From contig NC_043014.1 of the NCBI RefSeq assembly GCF_006345805.1, positions 15,934,001 to 15,998,000 of the forward strand: 64,000 nt of DNA, in the 5' to 3' direction. The position numbers and the translations under genes are program-made. The stretch's first letter is position 1. The number at the start of each line of letters is the position of its first letter. This DNA comes from Octopus sinensis. Taxonomy: Eukaryota. Below are positions 1-12,300 of this stretch, in pieces. The notes beneath the pieces were generated by a model. It did not search any database and had not been told where the DNA came from. It saw nothing but the letters and a program-made list of their open reading frames with translations.

Positions 1-231
1 GTCATGAAGTTGTTTTTGAAAGGAAAGCGTTTCCCAGATGATGCAGCCTTGATTTCTGAAGTCACGTCGTGGTTGGAGGACCAGGCTGGGGTCTTCTAGA
101 AAAACGGTCTCCAGAGCTGCATCAAACGATGGGAGAAATGCGTAACTCTGGGTGGTTCCTATGTAGAAAAAGACTAATAACTGTGCTATTGGAAGTGAGT
201 AAGGGGCATTACTTATTGAACGCCCCTCGTA
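1..231 (+). mobile_element. 3' end of a Tc1/mariner DNA transposon (transposase C-terminus with premature stop, right TIR, TA target site)
   Basis: Frame 1 reads VMKLFLKGKRFPDDAALISEVTSWLEDQAGVF*KNGLQSCIKRWEKCVTLGGSYVEKD* (1-177, TAG at 97-99), matching the mariner C-terminal pattern GKRF...RWEKC...G.YVE. The terminal TTACTTATTGAACGCCCCTCG (to 229) plus TA (230-231) is a mariner-type TIR. Confidence 0.9.
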
Positions 232-382
232 TATGTAGAGCAGAGTGATACACACTGTGCGTATTCGCTTTATTCACAGTTCATATTGTTTACTAGATGC
301 GCTTTACAAAATAGTACTAATAATGGAGATGTATTCATATATATGTACACCTATACATACACATAGATATGAACATATAACA
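232..382 (-). repeat. Remnant of the Gypsy 3' LTR, cut by the mariner insertion
   Basis: Aligns to 4781-4902 plus 5464-5492 (shared tgtgcgtattcgctttattca...ggagatgtattcatatatatgtacacctat...catacacatagatatgaacat.taaca). Begins TGTTA on the - strand. Confidence 0.88.
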
Positions 383-392
383 TTCTTTCTTG
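383..392 (-). other. Polypurine tract candidate
   Basis: The - strand reads CAAGAAAGAA immediately before the TG start of the 3' LTR. Confidence 0.6.
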
Positions 393-714
393 AAAAAAAG
401 AACTTTTGGCAATGAAAAAAATAGAAGTAATCTCCCTTACACTAATGGATTGTCAGTGCGAGGGTGACAATCCTGCAACAGAAACTGAGATTATTCTGTC
501 TACGCACGTGTTTTTCTGCTTCCTAATCTAGCAGAACTAGTTATTATTTACTTTTTTTTCCTTTAAAGGTATCGGTGGTAAAATATTTGGTCTCCATCTG
601 GTGGATCTTATGCTCTGTACTGATGTCTGCGATGCGGATAATGTCGATGTGTTGTTGGGCTGCTGATTAGTGGTTGGTACCCGTTGGGGTGATGATTCTG
701 TGGAAGTACGGATT

Positions 715-1775
715 CTATGTGTGCCGTGATCTGCTGTGGGTGTTGTAGTCCTTGTTGGTGTTGTAACTGATGCTGCAGGTGTTGCGCATGTTATCCTCAA
801 TAGCTTTGGTGTTTGGGCCGATGTTGGCCATGTTTCGTCTCAGTTGCCTACCAGATTCAGTTTCTATAATATATGATCTTGGAGTTTCGGCTCTACTGAC
901 GACTGGGATCCATGTGTTAGTTATCTGATTTTTAGTATGCACATGTTGTCCTCCAAGTATCTCAGGTAAGTATTGTGCATGTTTGTTGTAATATTTCTGT
1001 GCTTGTTCTTGAGTGGCTGCTAGCTTTGCCCTTGTCTCTTCCTGGTCAATAGGAGGTTGGATCTTTGTTGGCAGGGTGGGTTTGTATTTCTTGCCATTCA
1101 GCATTTCTGCTGGGGACTTCATGTCAGCCCTCAGTGGTGTTGCTCGTAGGGACAGAAGTGCCAGGTGTGGGTCTTCCTTAGTTTCTCGGCATTTGATTAA
1201 TGTTCTCTTGACTATCTGCACCTGTCTTTCTATGAATCCATGACCTTTGGAGATGAGGTTATAATGTTGAACCCATACTCATTGGCTAGATTTTTGAATT
1301 CCTGAGATGTGAACTGGGTTCCATTGTCACATATGATCTGCTCTGGTATTCCTTGCTCTGTTAGAAGTCCTCGAGCCACTGTAGTTATTGTTTTGGCTCT
1401 CAGGTCTTTCACTTTTCTCCCACATGGGAATTTTGAGTAGTAGCAGACCATAATCAAGTACCATTCTTGGTTCTCTGTTAACAGATCTACTCCAATAGCT
1501 TGCCATGGCCTTCTAGGGATATCATTGGATATCATTTCCTCCTTTTGTTGTGAGTTTCTGTACTTTTGACAGATGTGGCATGTAGAAACCATCTTTTCTG
1601 TCTTTGTACATGCCAACCCAATATACAGCTCACTTGGCTCGGAGTTTGCATTTTTCCATTCCCAGATGCCCTTGGTGGATCTTGTCATGAATCTCTTTTT
1701 TCATTGATTTGGGTATGATTATTTGGAATCCAGGATTCCGTTCTCTATTGATATGTCCATGGATGGCCCCAATAT
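715..1775 (-). pseudogene. Gypsy integrase (HHCC zinc finger, DDE core, C-terminal part), disrupted
   Basis: HQGHLGMEKCKLRA...CHICQKY; PWQAIGVDL; IICDNGTQFTSQEF; DPHLALLSLRATPL...SPAEMLNG. Split by frameshifts and stops. Confidence 0.9.
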
Positions 1776-2402
1776 TCACGAATGCACCTGATGTCTCTTC
1801 TCTGGCCACCCCTGAATCACCATCTGAGTAAGGAGCTGGAGTTCTTCATCTCTGCTGGCCTCCTCTTTGATTTGTTCCAGCTTTGTATTTGTCCCATTTA
1901 CAATGTGGTGGACCTTTACACTGAGTCCTTCTATCTCCTGCTTATCATGTGATGATAGTCTGGAATGAGCATCCACCAATATCAGGTCCTTTCCTGGCTT
2001 GTACCTGATATTGTAGTCGTACTTTTGGAGCCTCAACAGTAACCTTTGCAGTCTGGCTGGTGCTTTTGTGGGGTATTTTCTGTCTATTTGTTCTAGAGGG
2101 CGATGGTCTGACTTTATATGGAAATGTCTGCCATACAGATATATATGAAACTTTTCACATCCATAGACTACTGTCAGGAGTTCCCTTTCAATATTTGCGT
2201 ACCTTGTCTCTGTGGTTGACAGAGCTCTCGGGGTATATGCAATAGGCTTACCTGCTTCTATCAATGCTGCGCCAACTCCTCTCTTAGAAGCATCGACTTT
2301 GAGTGTTACTGGTTTGCGTCTGTCATAGAACTGCAGAGTTGTCTCCCTGCTGATGAGCTTTTTGATTGTGTTGAAATCCTGTGTGTGAAGTACACCAGTC
2401 AA
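1776..2402 (-). pseudogene. Gypsy RNase H and linker
   Basis: TLKVDASKRGVGAAL, ETRYANIERELL, SDHRPLE, RLQRLLLRLQKYDY, VDAHSRL are Ty3/Gypsy RNase H motifs. Confidence 0.9.
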
Positions 2403-2427
2403 ACTCTATGTCATCTTTCATTAGCTC

Positions 2428-3283
2428 TCAGAGGTTTGCAGTGTGATAGGCCAGGTTGGGTATGAAGGCTCCCATATAGTGGATGAGTCCCAGGAAGCTT
2501 TTGAGTTCCTTCTTATCTTTGGATTCTTTGATGTCACTGATGGCTTCCACTTTAGCAAGGTCTGATTTCACTCTCTCTGCAGAGTATATCATTGCAAAGA
2601 ATTTACACTCTTTTGCTTTGATCACACATTTGTCTGTATTGAGTTTGATACCTGCTTGTTGGGTTTTCTCCATAGCTTCATGTAAATTGTAATTATGTGT
2701 GACCTCATCCTTGCCATACACTTGGATATAATCTGCTATCCCGATTGCTCCCTTGCAGCCTTGGTAGGTCTCATCTACTTTGCACTGGAAGACGTCTTGG
2801 CTCACCTTCAACCCAAATGGGAGTCCGTTAAATCTGTGTTTGCCAAACGATGTGTTGAAGGTAGTGACCATGGATGATTCTTTGTCTAGCTTTACAATCC
2901 AGTACCCATTACTGGCATCCAGTTTGCTAAATATCTTAGATCTAGCTAATGATGGTGTGATTTCTTCGAGAGTTGGAATTGGATAGTACTCTCGTTTTAA
3001 TGCCTTGTTCAGATCCTTGGGGTCGAGGCATATTTGTAGGGTACCATTGGGTCTTTCTTTAATTATAATTGAATTCACCCAGTCAGTTAGTCATGTCACT
3101 TTGGTGATTATTCAGTTGTTTTTCCATTTTGTCCAACTCTGCCTTCAGCTTCTCTCTTAATTCTAGCGGAACACGGCGAGGTGGGTAAACAACTGGTTTG
3201 GCATTGTGGTTGCCTCTTATATGGTATCGACATTTCTCAAAACACCCGACTGAATCGTCAAAACATTCTGGGTACATGCTCAT
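2428..3283 (-). pseudogene. Gypsy reverse transcriptase, inactivated
   Basis: PRRVPLELREKLKAEL, CLDPKDLNKAL, FSKLDASNGYW, LPFGL. The catalytic xADD motif reads IADY (2728-2736 for ADY). Stops and frameshifts present. Confidence 0.9.
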
Positions 3284-3401
3284 CAGTTCATCCTTATTTG
3301 TGATTGGTGGTCAGTCTTTGATAGGCATATCTCTGTCAATCCTGTTTGGAGCTGCCTTCACTTCACTGTTGATCGTCACAATGTTGAGCTTTTGACAGGT
3401 A

Positions 3402-3660
3402 TTAAGTCCGAGAATTGCGGGTCCTTCTGTTCTTGTGATGTAAAAAGAACGCTTGATTTTTCTTCCTTTGTGTCCTTGTACTAGTTGTTTTGCCCAGTTG
3501 TGGAATCCTAGTACCTCCGTACGCAGTTAGGATTCCTTCTTTGACTTTATCCTCTTGTGTCATGTATTCTGGGAACATCTTTTTGTAGAGGTCGACAGGC
3601 AAGATATCACTCTGGGCTCCAGTGTCAATCTTTAATCGTTTCTTGCCTGAATTCTTTTAG
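3402..3660 (-). pseudogene. Gypsy aspartic protease
   Basis: RLKIDTGAQSDILPVDLYKKMF, with the DTG active-site motif at 3618-3626. Confidence 0.85.
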
Positions 3661-3699
3661 ATTTGCATTGTTGTGTATGCCTCATTTTTTTTTCGGTTG

Positions 3700-4559
3700 T
3701 CATTTCCCATCTCATGTATATTTATTGTGCTGAGTGCCAAGAATTCCTCTTCTGAGGTGTTTTCTTCCTGTTGTTGAGCATGTACATCTCTTTTGCCTTC
3801 TCTTTCCACTCCTCTTTGAAAATTGGGGCTTGTATTTGTGAGATTTTGTTAGTCTACACATTTTTTCCAGTGGTTGGGCTTTCCGCAGGACATTTCTTCT
3901 GGTCATTGAACTCATACTCTGTACCACAGTACTGGCATGTTCTCTACTTGTGGATGCTTCATCCTATGTCTAGTTACAATATCTACACTGTTGCCTATTG
4001 TGTTTGTTTCTAAAGTAAGTGAGGCCATTTGTTTGGTAGTGGATTTGAATGCTCATGCAGTGTCTACTGCTTCTATCAACTGGAGAGCGTCCTTACCTAT
4101 GAAGGGTCTTTGGACTTCTTTATGAGAACACCACCACATGAGTTGATCAACAATCCTTTCGTCCTTGTCTTTGAATCTGCATTTCTCTGCAACATTCTTT
4201 AGTCTGGACAGGAAGTTGTCAATCGTTTCTTGTGGGTCTTGTTTCAGGCCCTGGAATTCGTACCTATGAATTCTGTGGTTTGATCTGGGCTCTAGGTGCC
4301 TTTCAAATTTCTCTAAAAGTGTGTCTGGATTACTGCAATCTGATTCTGAAATGTCCCAACTATTGAATAGGTCTAAGCCCTTCTCTCCCACCCATAAAAG
4401 GATGTAGCTTACCTTTTCATCGGCAGTTGTACCTTTCAGGAAGCTTTTGAAAGCCAACTGACTTTTATGTTTGAATTTCTTGAACGCTTCCACGATATCA
4501 TCAGCGTCCCAGTTCATCATCGGATGTAAATTCATCTGTATGGCGACGGGGGCCACCAT
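3700..4559 (-). pseudogene. Gypsy gag, disrupted
   Basis: MNWDADDIVEAFKKFK...KVSYILLWVGEKGL...YEFQGLKQDPQETIDNFLSRLKNVAEKCRF is a typical metazoan Gypsy gag N-terminus. Position is upstream of the protease. Confidence 0.8.
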
Positions 4560-4666
4560 TTCAGATCCTCATGTGTGTCCGAAGACAAAGTAATATTCAG
4601 TTTGTTAAATTCAGGCTTATTATGTTCCCATTTTGTTGTAATGGCATGGTTTTCGTTTAAGTATTT

Positions 4667-4679
4667 ATTGCTGCCATCA
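4667..4679 (-). other. Degenerate primer-binding site, possibly tRNA-Leu
   Basis: The - strand TGATGGCAGCAAT resembles TGGTGGCAGCGGT (complement of a tRNA-Leu 3' end) and directly follows the inferred LTR end. Confidence 0.45.
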
Positions 4680-4902
4680 AGTTATGTATTCTTTTGGTTC
4701 ATGTTGGGACAATAAACAACTCATTGAAGGCGTTATTATGATACCACGTGTTTATTTACTTGGCATGTTTACAAATTGTATATGTGGAACGGAGTGATAC
4801 AAAGTGTGCGTATTCGCTTTATTCATAGTTCATATTGTTTAGTAGATGCGCTTTACAAAATAGTTCTAATAGTGGAGATGTATTCATATATATGTACACC
4901 TA

Positions 4903-5461
4903 TGCGGCGATGTTTCGTTTGTTGTAGCACACGTTTCCGTCGATTTCCATAAAAAATGTAAACACTGAATCAGCCATACATACATACATACACACATAAA
5001 TACACACACACATACATACACACACACATACATGCAGACATACATATACACATACACCGAGTAAAAAATTACACTGAATCGGCCATACATACACACACAC
5101 ATACTTACACACACATACATACACACACACATACATAGATACATACACACACACACATACATATACACATACACCGAGTAAAAAATTTCAGTTATCTCTC
5201 TTTCACACATTACTCTCTCTGTCTCTTCGCACACACTAACAGAAGCACTTCACTTACACAACATACTGTCTGTCTCCCACACCCCATCAAACACACACAC
5301 GGGGACTTCAAAAAGAAATTCCCTCGTCATAAAATCGCTTCCTCTTAGTCTCTTTCGCTCTCATTACTTCAAATATTCCCGCAAAGCCATATGTAAAAAA
5401 ATAAAAGTTTTTTACGGAAATCGACGGAAACGTGTGCTACGACAACTGAAACTTCGCCACT
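4903..5461. mobile_element. Non-autonomous DNA transposon (MITE) with ~54-bp TIRs and TA duplication
   Basis: 4903-4956 tgcggcgatgtttcgtttgttgtagcacacgtttccgtcgatttccataaaaaa is the imperfect reverse complement of 5408-5461. TA at 4901-4902 and 5462-5463. The empty site is visible in the other LTR. No coding capacity. Confidence 0.85.
4975..5173. repeat. Compound (CA)n/(TACA)n microsatellite inside the MITE
   Basis: Directly visible catacatacacacac runs, with an internal duplication of acactgaatc.gccataca and ccgagtaaaaaatt. Confidence 0.95.
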
Positions 5462-5492
5462 TATGCATACACATAGATATGAACATGTAACA

Positions 5493-7900
5493 CTCGGATA
5501 CTCTATGCGCATCTCAGAAAAGCTTGTTTATAGAATATATCTAGAACCGTCACTGCACCCATCCCCTGTAGCACTACTAGGCCAGAGATTCTGGATGTTA
5601 TCCAGAACTCACCCGGTCCAGACACTGGTAGGATTGACAGATCGATAGCTCTTTCTCGATTCGGTGGGTGGTGGTGTATGGCCTTTCTTAGTTGGTGGAG
5701 TGATCCGTCTGGTTGATTCCGATAACGAACGAGACTCCGGCCTGCTAACTAGATGTTATCCATTGCTGAGCAGAGAGATTTCATGAATAGACCATCCGCC
5801 CTTCCTCATTACTTATAGAATTCAAGTGTGGAAATTGTGTCGGTTGCATTGCCAACTACTAAAGAGCAGTGAGCATCTAACTACGTTTCGGATATCAGAC
5901 ACCCAGGCTTGGTTTTTGTTTGAATCAGAACTGTAACTCCAACCAAAAGACGAACTGTGTAAAAACGTTCCTATCAAAGGACTATAACCACGCACTATAC
6001 CCACTCCAGGAACCTCTGCAGTCTCCACAATCCCACCATATTGAAGAGGGTGTTGGACATCACCTTTAGTAGACCGCCTAACCAGTGGAATGTGCTTCTT
6101 CCATAAGAAAAGAAAGAATAGACTCTCTCATTTGCTCAGGGAAAAACTGGGGTAGGGCACAACGAAAATATAATGAAATCGATGCATGTATTCACCATCT
6201 CTGCATGACCTTTCAAGGACAGCTTTACCTCAGCTCATTTCTGGATGAGGCTGTCACCATGTTTGTAACCTGCTCCCAGTTCCTATCCACCTGGAAGTCT
6301 AATCAGACTAGATCTTCTAAAGCAGTGAACTTGCCTCTCCAGCTGTAGTGCTGCAAGCTTACAGACTTGCCTAGATTAATCTTTTCTCCTGTCGCCATTT
6401 TGATCCCTTATGGCTCTGACAACCTCGACATTCGCAGTGCCCTACACATTTACAGTAACGTTGCCCAGCACTCCAGTTCAGACGAAATGCCCCTCAAATC
6501 CTCCAGTTTCTGCGGCAGTGGTTCAAGAATAATTACATACAGAAGGAATTACAGAGAATATTGTCGATGCGTTGAGCATCTGGTTCGAAACAATTACGAT
6601 AGCTAACAGTTTAGTCTGACAACCAAGATCCAACAACTGAAAACGGGACTGAAATTGACCATTTTGAAGACAACCGCATAGTAACGATGGCCGACAGTCG
6701 GTCCAAATTTATCAGAGCAATACTAAAACCGTATTTATCTCCCAACTCTACGATGTATCGCCTAAGGTGGAAGCTGTTGTAGATAAGTTTTTCCTGAGAT
6801 CACACAGGTCTTCGCTTTTCTGACAACGCTACGAATGACTAGCACCGATCTTGTCTAAGAGTACGTTAATCAAAATCTTAAAACTTTGGTTTCAGCACTA
6901 ACTTGTAGAAATTGCAGTTTTCCCATCTTTACCCCTTTCTCCTATCGGCAAGTCTTGCATAATCCTGACATTTGATTAAGGTATCAAATCAATTTTCCCT
7001 AGTACTTTAAGTGTGAGACATTGATGACCACTAGTCTGAAGGCACTGCTTTCATTACTGTTCACATTGATTTATCGCCCGTACTTCGAGATCCAAACCAT
7101 TACAAAATAATACTGCTACCCCACTTCTCTATCTGGAACGATATACGATGCGTAAACTCGTAATTGTTGAAGATGAGCGAGAGTGCGAGCCTTCTGGAAA
7201 TACTAGTGTCACTGATAACTGCTGTGTACATTTCTATATTCTTCCCCGAGTATAGTCATGTTGGTCCGAAAAATCAAAGAGATGTCGTTCACTTTTGCCT
7301 CAAAAGACTGGTAATCTGGACTTCTTGGTGGACAGGGGTTTCTTGAAAGGATCCTCCAAAAATGTCCTGGAACATTTCTACATTACCTACGAATATTCTT
7401 CTTAGATTGTTTTTTTGTTCTCAAGAAAACTTTTTCAGCTGCGGCCGGATTTTCTCAAAAAATTCCACCCTATGTAGTTTTGGTCTCCCCACCCCTGGAG
7501 CTTATGAACTTTTTTTTTTTTTATTTACAAGTGAAATCAATGAGGGATGGTTATTGAGTTTGGTTACTAGTATTCTTTCAGTGTTCACATATTGTTAATT
7601 TTGTGCTAATGGCTGATCGAGAGGCTTTGTTTCCTCATTGAACTAGAGTAGTCTTTCTCTCTCTTCCCAGAAAAGAAAAAAAAGGCAGTGTTCAACAGAT
7701 TAATCTCAATCTTGTTGCACGGCGAAATTTCGGAATCTGAAGAACAGTTATGTATACCGATGTGTTTTGCTTTCGGTCAACTTTTTGTGTTGAGGAGTGT
7801 AAATAATCCTTGTAGTTTGTAATTTTAATCTCTGCTATTGTTGATTTGAGGATCTCTACTGTTGTTGGCTTGTGAGGCTTTTCTGCTCACCAGCTCTTTA
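5493..7900 (-). mobile_element. Old, heavily decayed L1/Tx1-clade LINE (ORF2 EN, RT and C-terminal remnants; possible ORF1 remnant)
   Basis: Broken minus-strand translations: AFRLVVI (EN); SIALINLD...GHRY.AVVFK..F.PVFSCWI; LLYVIILEPL.QKLEDLRGI; TGEKINLGKS...WRGK; PLVRRS...QHPL..GG; DNIQ.SLA**CYRG. The later motifs match the younger copy at 28.6-30.0 kb. The boundary beyond ~7100 is uncertain. Confidence 0.75.
5605..5751 (+). pseudogene. 18S rRNA: 147-nt 18S rRNA fragment inserted with an 11-bp target-site duplication
   Basis: AACTCACCCGG.CC.GACAC...AGGATTGACAGAT.GATAGCTCTTTCTCGATTC.GTGGGTGGTGGTG.ATGGCC.TTCTTAGTTGGTGGAG...TTCCGATAACGAACGAGACTC is conserved eukaryotic SSU sequence. GATGTTATCCA flanks it at 5594-5604 and 5752-5762. 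Confidence 0.93.
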
Positions 7901-7949
7901 ACACCACATACCCAAAAGTAGCTATTCTCTTGATAAGAGCTCAGGGTAA

Positions 7950-9300
7950 CAATGGTTTTTAAGTGGTACAAGGCAACAAATTACAGGGAGATAGTTGTAG
8001 TTGATTATATCAATTCTCATTACTTAAACTTTAAACCAATAGAAGTTTATATATATTTCATAAAATCATATTCAATCTTAAGTGTTAGTTACATTAACTA
8101 TAATAAGGTTCTGCTAATTCAGTACCATGGGACTTAGTGCCAGTGAAATGAAACCCAAAAAAGAAAAATTTTATTTTAAAATCAAGTCATTGAATATGTA
8201 ACTAATTTTCAAGTAGCTTCATTATCTGGCAACATCTCTTTTACCAGCCTTTAGTTTACAAATGGCATGTATACAGCTTAGCATTTACAATGACCTAGGA
8301 AGTGATACATTCTTGGATAGTTTTCCACTCAGCACTAATTTTACTTTAACATTGGAAAATACTTTCATGATTGGATGGACAAAAGTAGACGAAGGCGTAA
8401 GTGCTGATCAAATTTCTTTACAGACTGAGTATTAACAATGATGTAATGAGGCCGCATCAGAAAAAAAAAATTGAAATGCAAAAGTATGACAGACTATTGG
8501 TTCTTTACAGTGGATTTTGTCACTGCAATACTCATATGATCAACAAAGAGTGGTTAATATGAGAAAGACTAATTGAATTTAGGTTTTCTTGTATTTCTAA
8601 AGTTTGATTTGTTATGATTAATTTGCAATGAGAAAACCCAGATACTGATTTTTATTACTACACTTAGTGAAAGCAAACATAAAAGAAAAACCCCTAGAAG
8701 TACATTAACTTTTCTATCCATGTTGAGGTGTAGATAAAATACATTGGAAAGTGAAACAGCTTTAGAAGAAACGAGATAAAAGCAATAATGTTACAAGTAA
8801 AACTTTATTCTTCATATATTAAAAAAAATGAAAGACAAGTAAAATATACAGTTAGAAATTTTAAATGTTTCTTTAGAATATTACTTACAAAAATCAATAT
8901 GCCACTGAAGTAAAATATTTATTTAGATAATGTAATTATTAGCTGACATAATGAAAAGGGAATTATTACACATTGCTACAATTACCTGTTATGGAGTATC
9001 ACCTATCCTAAGTAAAAGTCACTAGACAAAAGTATTTAACTGTAGGCTGCACTATGGAAAAGCTGACATAAAATGACAATAATGGAACTATATTTGACTT
9101 ATTGGGCCTATTTTCCATTGAATACTTAAATTTTGAAATTACTTAATATATTACAGTTTTTCATATTTAACAGGCAACTTACAACAAAAGTACAATGCAA
9201 AAAATAGTTTACTTGAAAAAATTACTCGATTTTATTTTTCTTCATTATTTACTTAATAAACTTAATTTAAATCAAACAATGTACCAAATTTATTATTCTA
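7950..9300. other. AT-rich non-repetitive spacer between the TE nest and the repeat locus
   Basis: Very low GC, no ORFs of note. Several minus-strand AATAAA (e.g. near 8804, 9099, 9231, 9289), which are not diagnostic at this composition. Confidence 0.6.
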
Positions 9301-12300
9301 CTTTCAATCTCCATCCATCTACTCTTTGCCAAGATATATGAATCATGGTTACTTGACTCCATCAACCTGTTGTCACCACATCCCATTCACTGATGCTTTT
9401 TGTGCTCTACATTCTTGTTGTTACCACATGCATCAATCACTCTTTACCACAAGTTCTGAGGTACAGTTGCCCCATTTCCATCTTCTTAACATGACACTTC
9501 AGTAAAAATTCTTCTGCTCCATATTCCAACCACAGTCACTCTCTCCCATGTACCAGTTGCCACCACATACCAACCACAATCATTCTCTTCCATGCTCTTC
9601 GGATCACATCCTAGTCACAGTTGTTCTCCAAATCTTCCTGTTGCCATTACATGCTTTGCAGTTGCTCCGTTGTCACTGCTGCTCCATGTTGTCTTGGTCA
9701 CAAAATCTGAAGTCAGTTTTCATATCTCACTTCCTGCTGTCACCATACTTCAGTTGAAGTTAGTTGCTCTATTTGATGTTCCACTCACAGTTGCTACACT
9801 ATCTTGCTGTTGTCACCATATTCTAGTTGCAATTGCTCTTCTGTTTGCTCCTGTTGTAAACACTTCTATGTCACAGCTACTCTTTCCAATGTCCCTGTTG
9901 CCCTGTTCCATGTTCTTGTAGTTTCCATATTCCAGTCATAGTTGCTCTCTCCCATATATCAGTTGTCACCTCATGCCAGTCACAGTTCTTCAAATCTTCT
10001 ATGCTGCTTTGATCACCACATCTTACTAACAGCTGTTCCCCAAATTTTATTGTTGCCACCACATACGTCACAGTTACTTTCTTCCTGCTGTCACCACTCT
10101 AAAGTTACCCTACTTCATGGTCCACATGTCACCACATTCTAGTCAGTTACTATTCTGTCTGTTAATATTGTCAACACATCTTAGAGCTGCTCTTCTCTGG
10201 TTGCCAACACAGTTGCTTTTCTTCATGTTCTAGTATCACCAAATCCAAGTCACACTCACTCAGCTTGATGTTCCTGTTGTCACAGTTGCTCTGCACCACG
10301 TTCCAGCATGTTTCCATATTCCAGTCATAGTTGCTCTCCCTATATACCAATTGCCACAAGTCACAGTTGTCCTGCTCCATGATTCTGCTACCACCAAATC
10401 TTGATTTACACTTCATTTTCTCCATCTTCATGTTTTACCACCTCTCTGTCAGCTGCTTTGCTTCACCTTCCAGCACCTCAACTCAGTTGCTCTCTACCAT
10501 GTTCTAGACTAAGTTGTTCTCTTCCATGCTGGTCCACTCTAATCTTCTTGTTACCACACTTCAGTTTAAGTTGCTCTGCTCCACGTTTTCCTTGTCACAG
10601 TTCTTCTTCAAATCTTCCTGTTGTCACCACATGTCACAGTTGCTCTGCTGCCACCACCTCTATTTTACCAGTTCTGTCATCTTGAGCTCACAAAACCTCA
10701 ATTCAGTTTCTAACTGCCATCTTCCTGCTGCCTCCATTCTCCAGTTAAAGTTGCTCTGTAGGATGTTCTACTCTGTTGCTCTGTAGGATGTTCTACTCAG
10801 TTGCTCTTCTCCATGTTCTTGTTGCCACCATATTCCAGTAAATGTTTATGCTAAGCTCTGCTTTATGTTCCTGCAGTTTCCATATTTCAATCAGAGTTGC
10901 TCTCTTCCATGTACCAGTTGTTACCACATGCCAGGCACAGTTGCTCTGCTTCATCCTCCTGTTATCACCACATTCCAGTTTAGGCGTTCCATTCTATGTC
11001 ACTGCTGCCACCAAATCTCAGTCAGTTGCTCTGCTCCATGTTTATGTTGCCACATCACCTTGATTACACTATTTTCTCCGTCTTCTCATTGCTGCTGCCA
11101 CCTCTAACAGCTGTTCTGCTTCACTTTCCTGCAGTCTCAGCATCTCAACTCACAGCTGCTCCACTCCAATCTTTTTGCTGCCATCGCATACATCGAGGTT
11201 GCTCAATTCCATTATTCTGCTATCACCACATTCTTGTCATAGTTGCTCCATTGCATCTAGCTGTTCTCATCACATTCAGGCCACAGATGTTCTACTCCAT
11301 GTTCCTGTCAGTCACTTTCTCACATGTACAAGTTGTTCTTCAAATCTTCGTCATCATAGATGTTACTGTTGCACTTCTGTCATCACTGTTCTATGTCATA
11401 CTGTGGTCATGACATCGCAATTCTCAGTCAATCACCTCCTTCTTCCTGCTGTCATCACCAGTTCAAGGTGCTCTGCTCCATGTTCCACTCTAACTTCTGC
11501 TCACTTTTTCTCTTCAGTTTATTCCTCTTGCCAACACATCCATCACAGTTGCTCTCCATCTTCCTTTTGACACCAAATCCAAGTCACATTTGCTCTGCTT
11601 TATGTTCCAGTAGCCTCCATATTCCAGTAAAGGTTGCTTTGCACCATGTTCCTGCAGTTTCCATATTTCTAACATTGTTGTTCTGCTCCATGTTTCATGT
11701 TCCCTTGGTCACAGTTTTTTACGTCTCTCTTCCTGCTGTCACTACACTCCAGTTAAAGTTGCTCTGCTTGATGTTCCATTCCATCTTGCTGTTGTCACCA
11801 TATTCTAGTCATAGTTCCTCTTCGGTTTGCTCCTGTTGTGAACACTTCTATGTCATAGCTACTCTTTTCAATGTTCCTGTTGCCATCACAGGTGCCCTGC
11901 TCCATGTTCTTGTAGTTTCCATATTCCAGTCAGTTGCTCTCTCCCATGTACCAGTTGTCACCTCATGCCAGTCAGTCATTCTTCTAATCTTCCTGTTGCC
12001 AATGCATCCATGACAGTAGCATTTTTTTATTTTCCTGTGGTCACCAAATTCAAGTCACATTTTGATTGTTCTGCTCCATGTTTCTGTATTTTCCAGTCAT
12101 AGTCACTCTCTCCCATGTACCAGTTGTTGCAGCTGTTCTCCAAACCTTGTTGCCATCACATACATCACAGTTCCTCTGCTTCATCTTCCTGCAATCTCAG
12201 CACCTCAACCCACACTTGCTATCATCCATCTTCCTATTGTCACATTCCTTTTATTATTGCTCTCTCCCATGATGCTCTGATCACCATATCCCAGTTGCTC

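Larger units (their letters stand above)
232..5492 (-). mobile_element. Decayed Ty3/Gypsy LTR retrotransposon (gag-PR-RT-RH-IN order)
   Basis: Minus-strand gag, protease, RT, RNase H and integrase fragments occur in Gypsy order, broken by stops and frameshifts. Matching LTR copies at 232-382 and 4680-5492, with PPT and PBS candidates. Confidence 0.93.
4680..5492 (-). repeat. Gypsy 5' LTR (~250 bp without the inserted MITE)
   Basis: Matches 232-382 on both sides of the 4903-5461 insertion and ends ...tgtaaca at 5492. The left boundary is inferred from the PBS only. Confidence 0.8.

Noticed and set aside
537-800. Thr-rich 87-aa minus-strand ORF
   Set aside because: Alternative frame over the low-complexity integrase tail and 3' UTR of the Gypsy element; no independent support.
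4884-5234. ORFs MCEET.../MCVYV... with VCMY repeats
   Set aside because: These are translations of the CA/TACA microsatellite inside the MITE.
5605-5751. Functional 18S rRNA gene or rDNA unit
   Set aside because: Only 147 nt, flanked by a TSD inside a LINE, with no ETS, ITS or 28S nearby.
8100-9300. Minus-strand polyadenylation signal as an annotated feature
   Set aside because: AATAAA is expected many times by chance at this AT content, so no single site can be chosen without 3'-end data.
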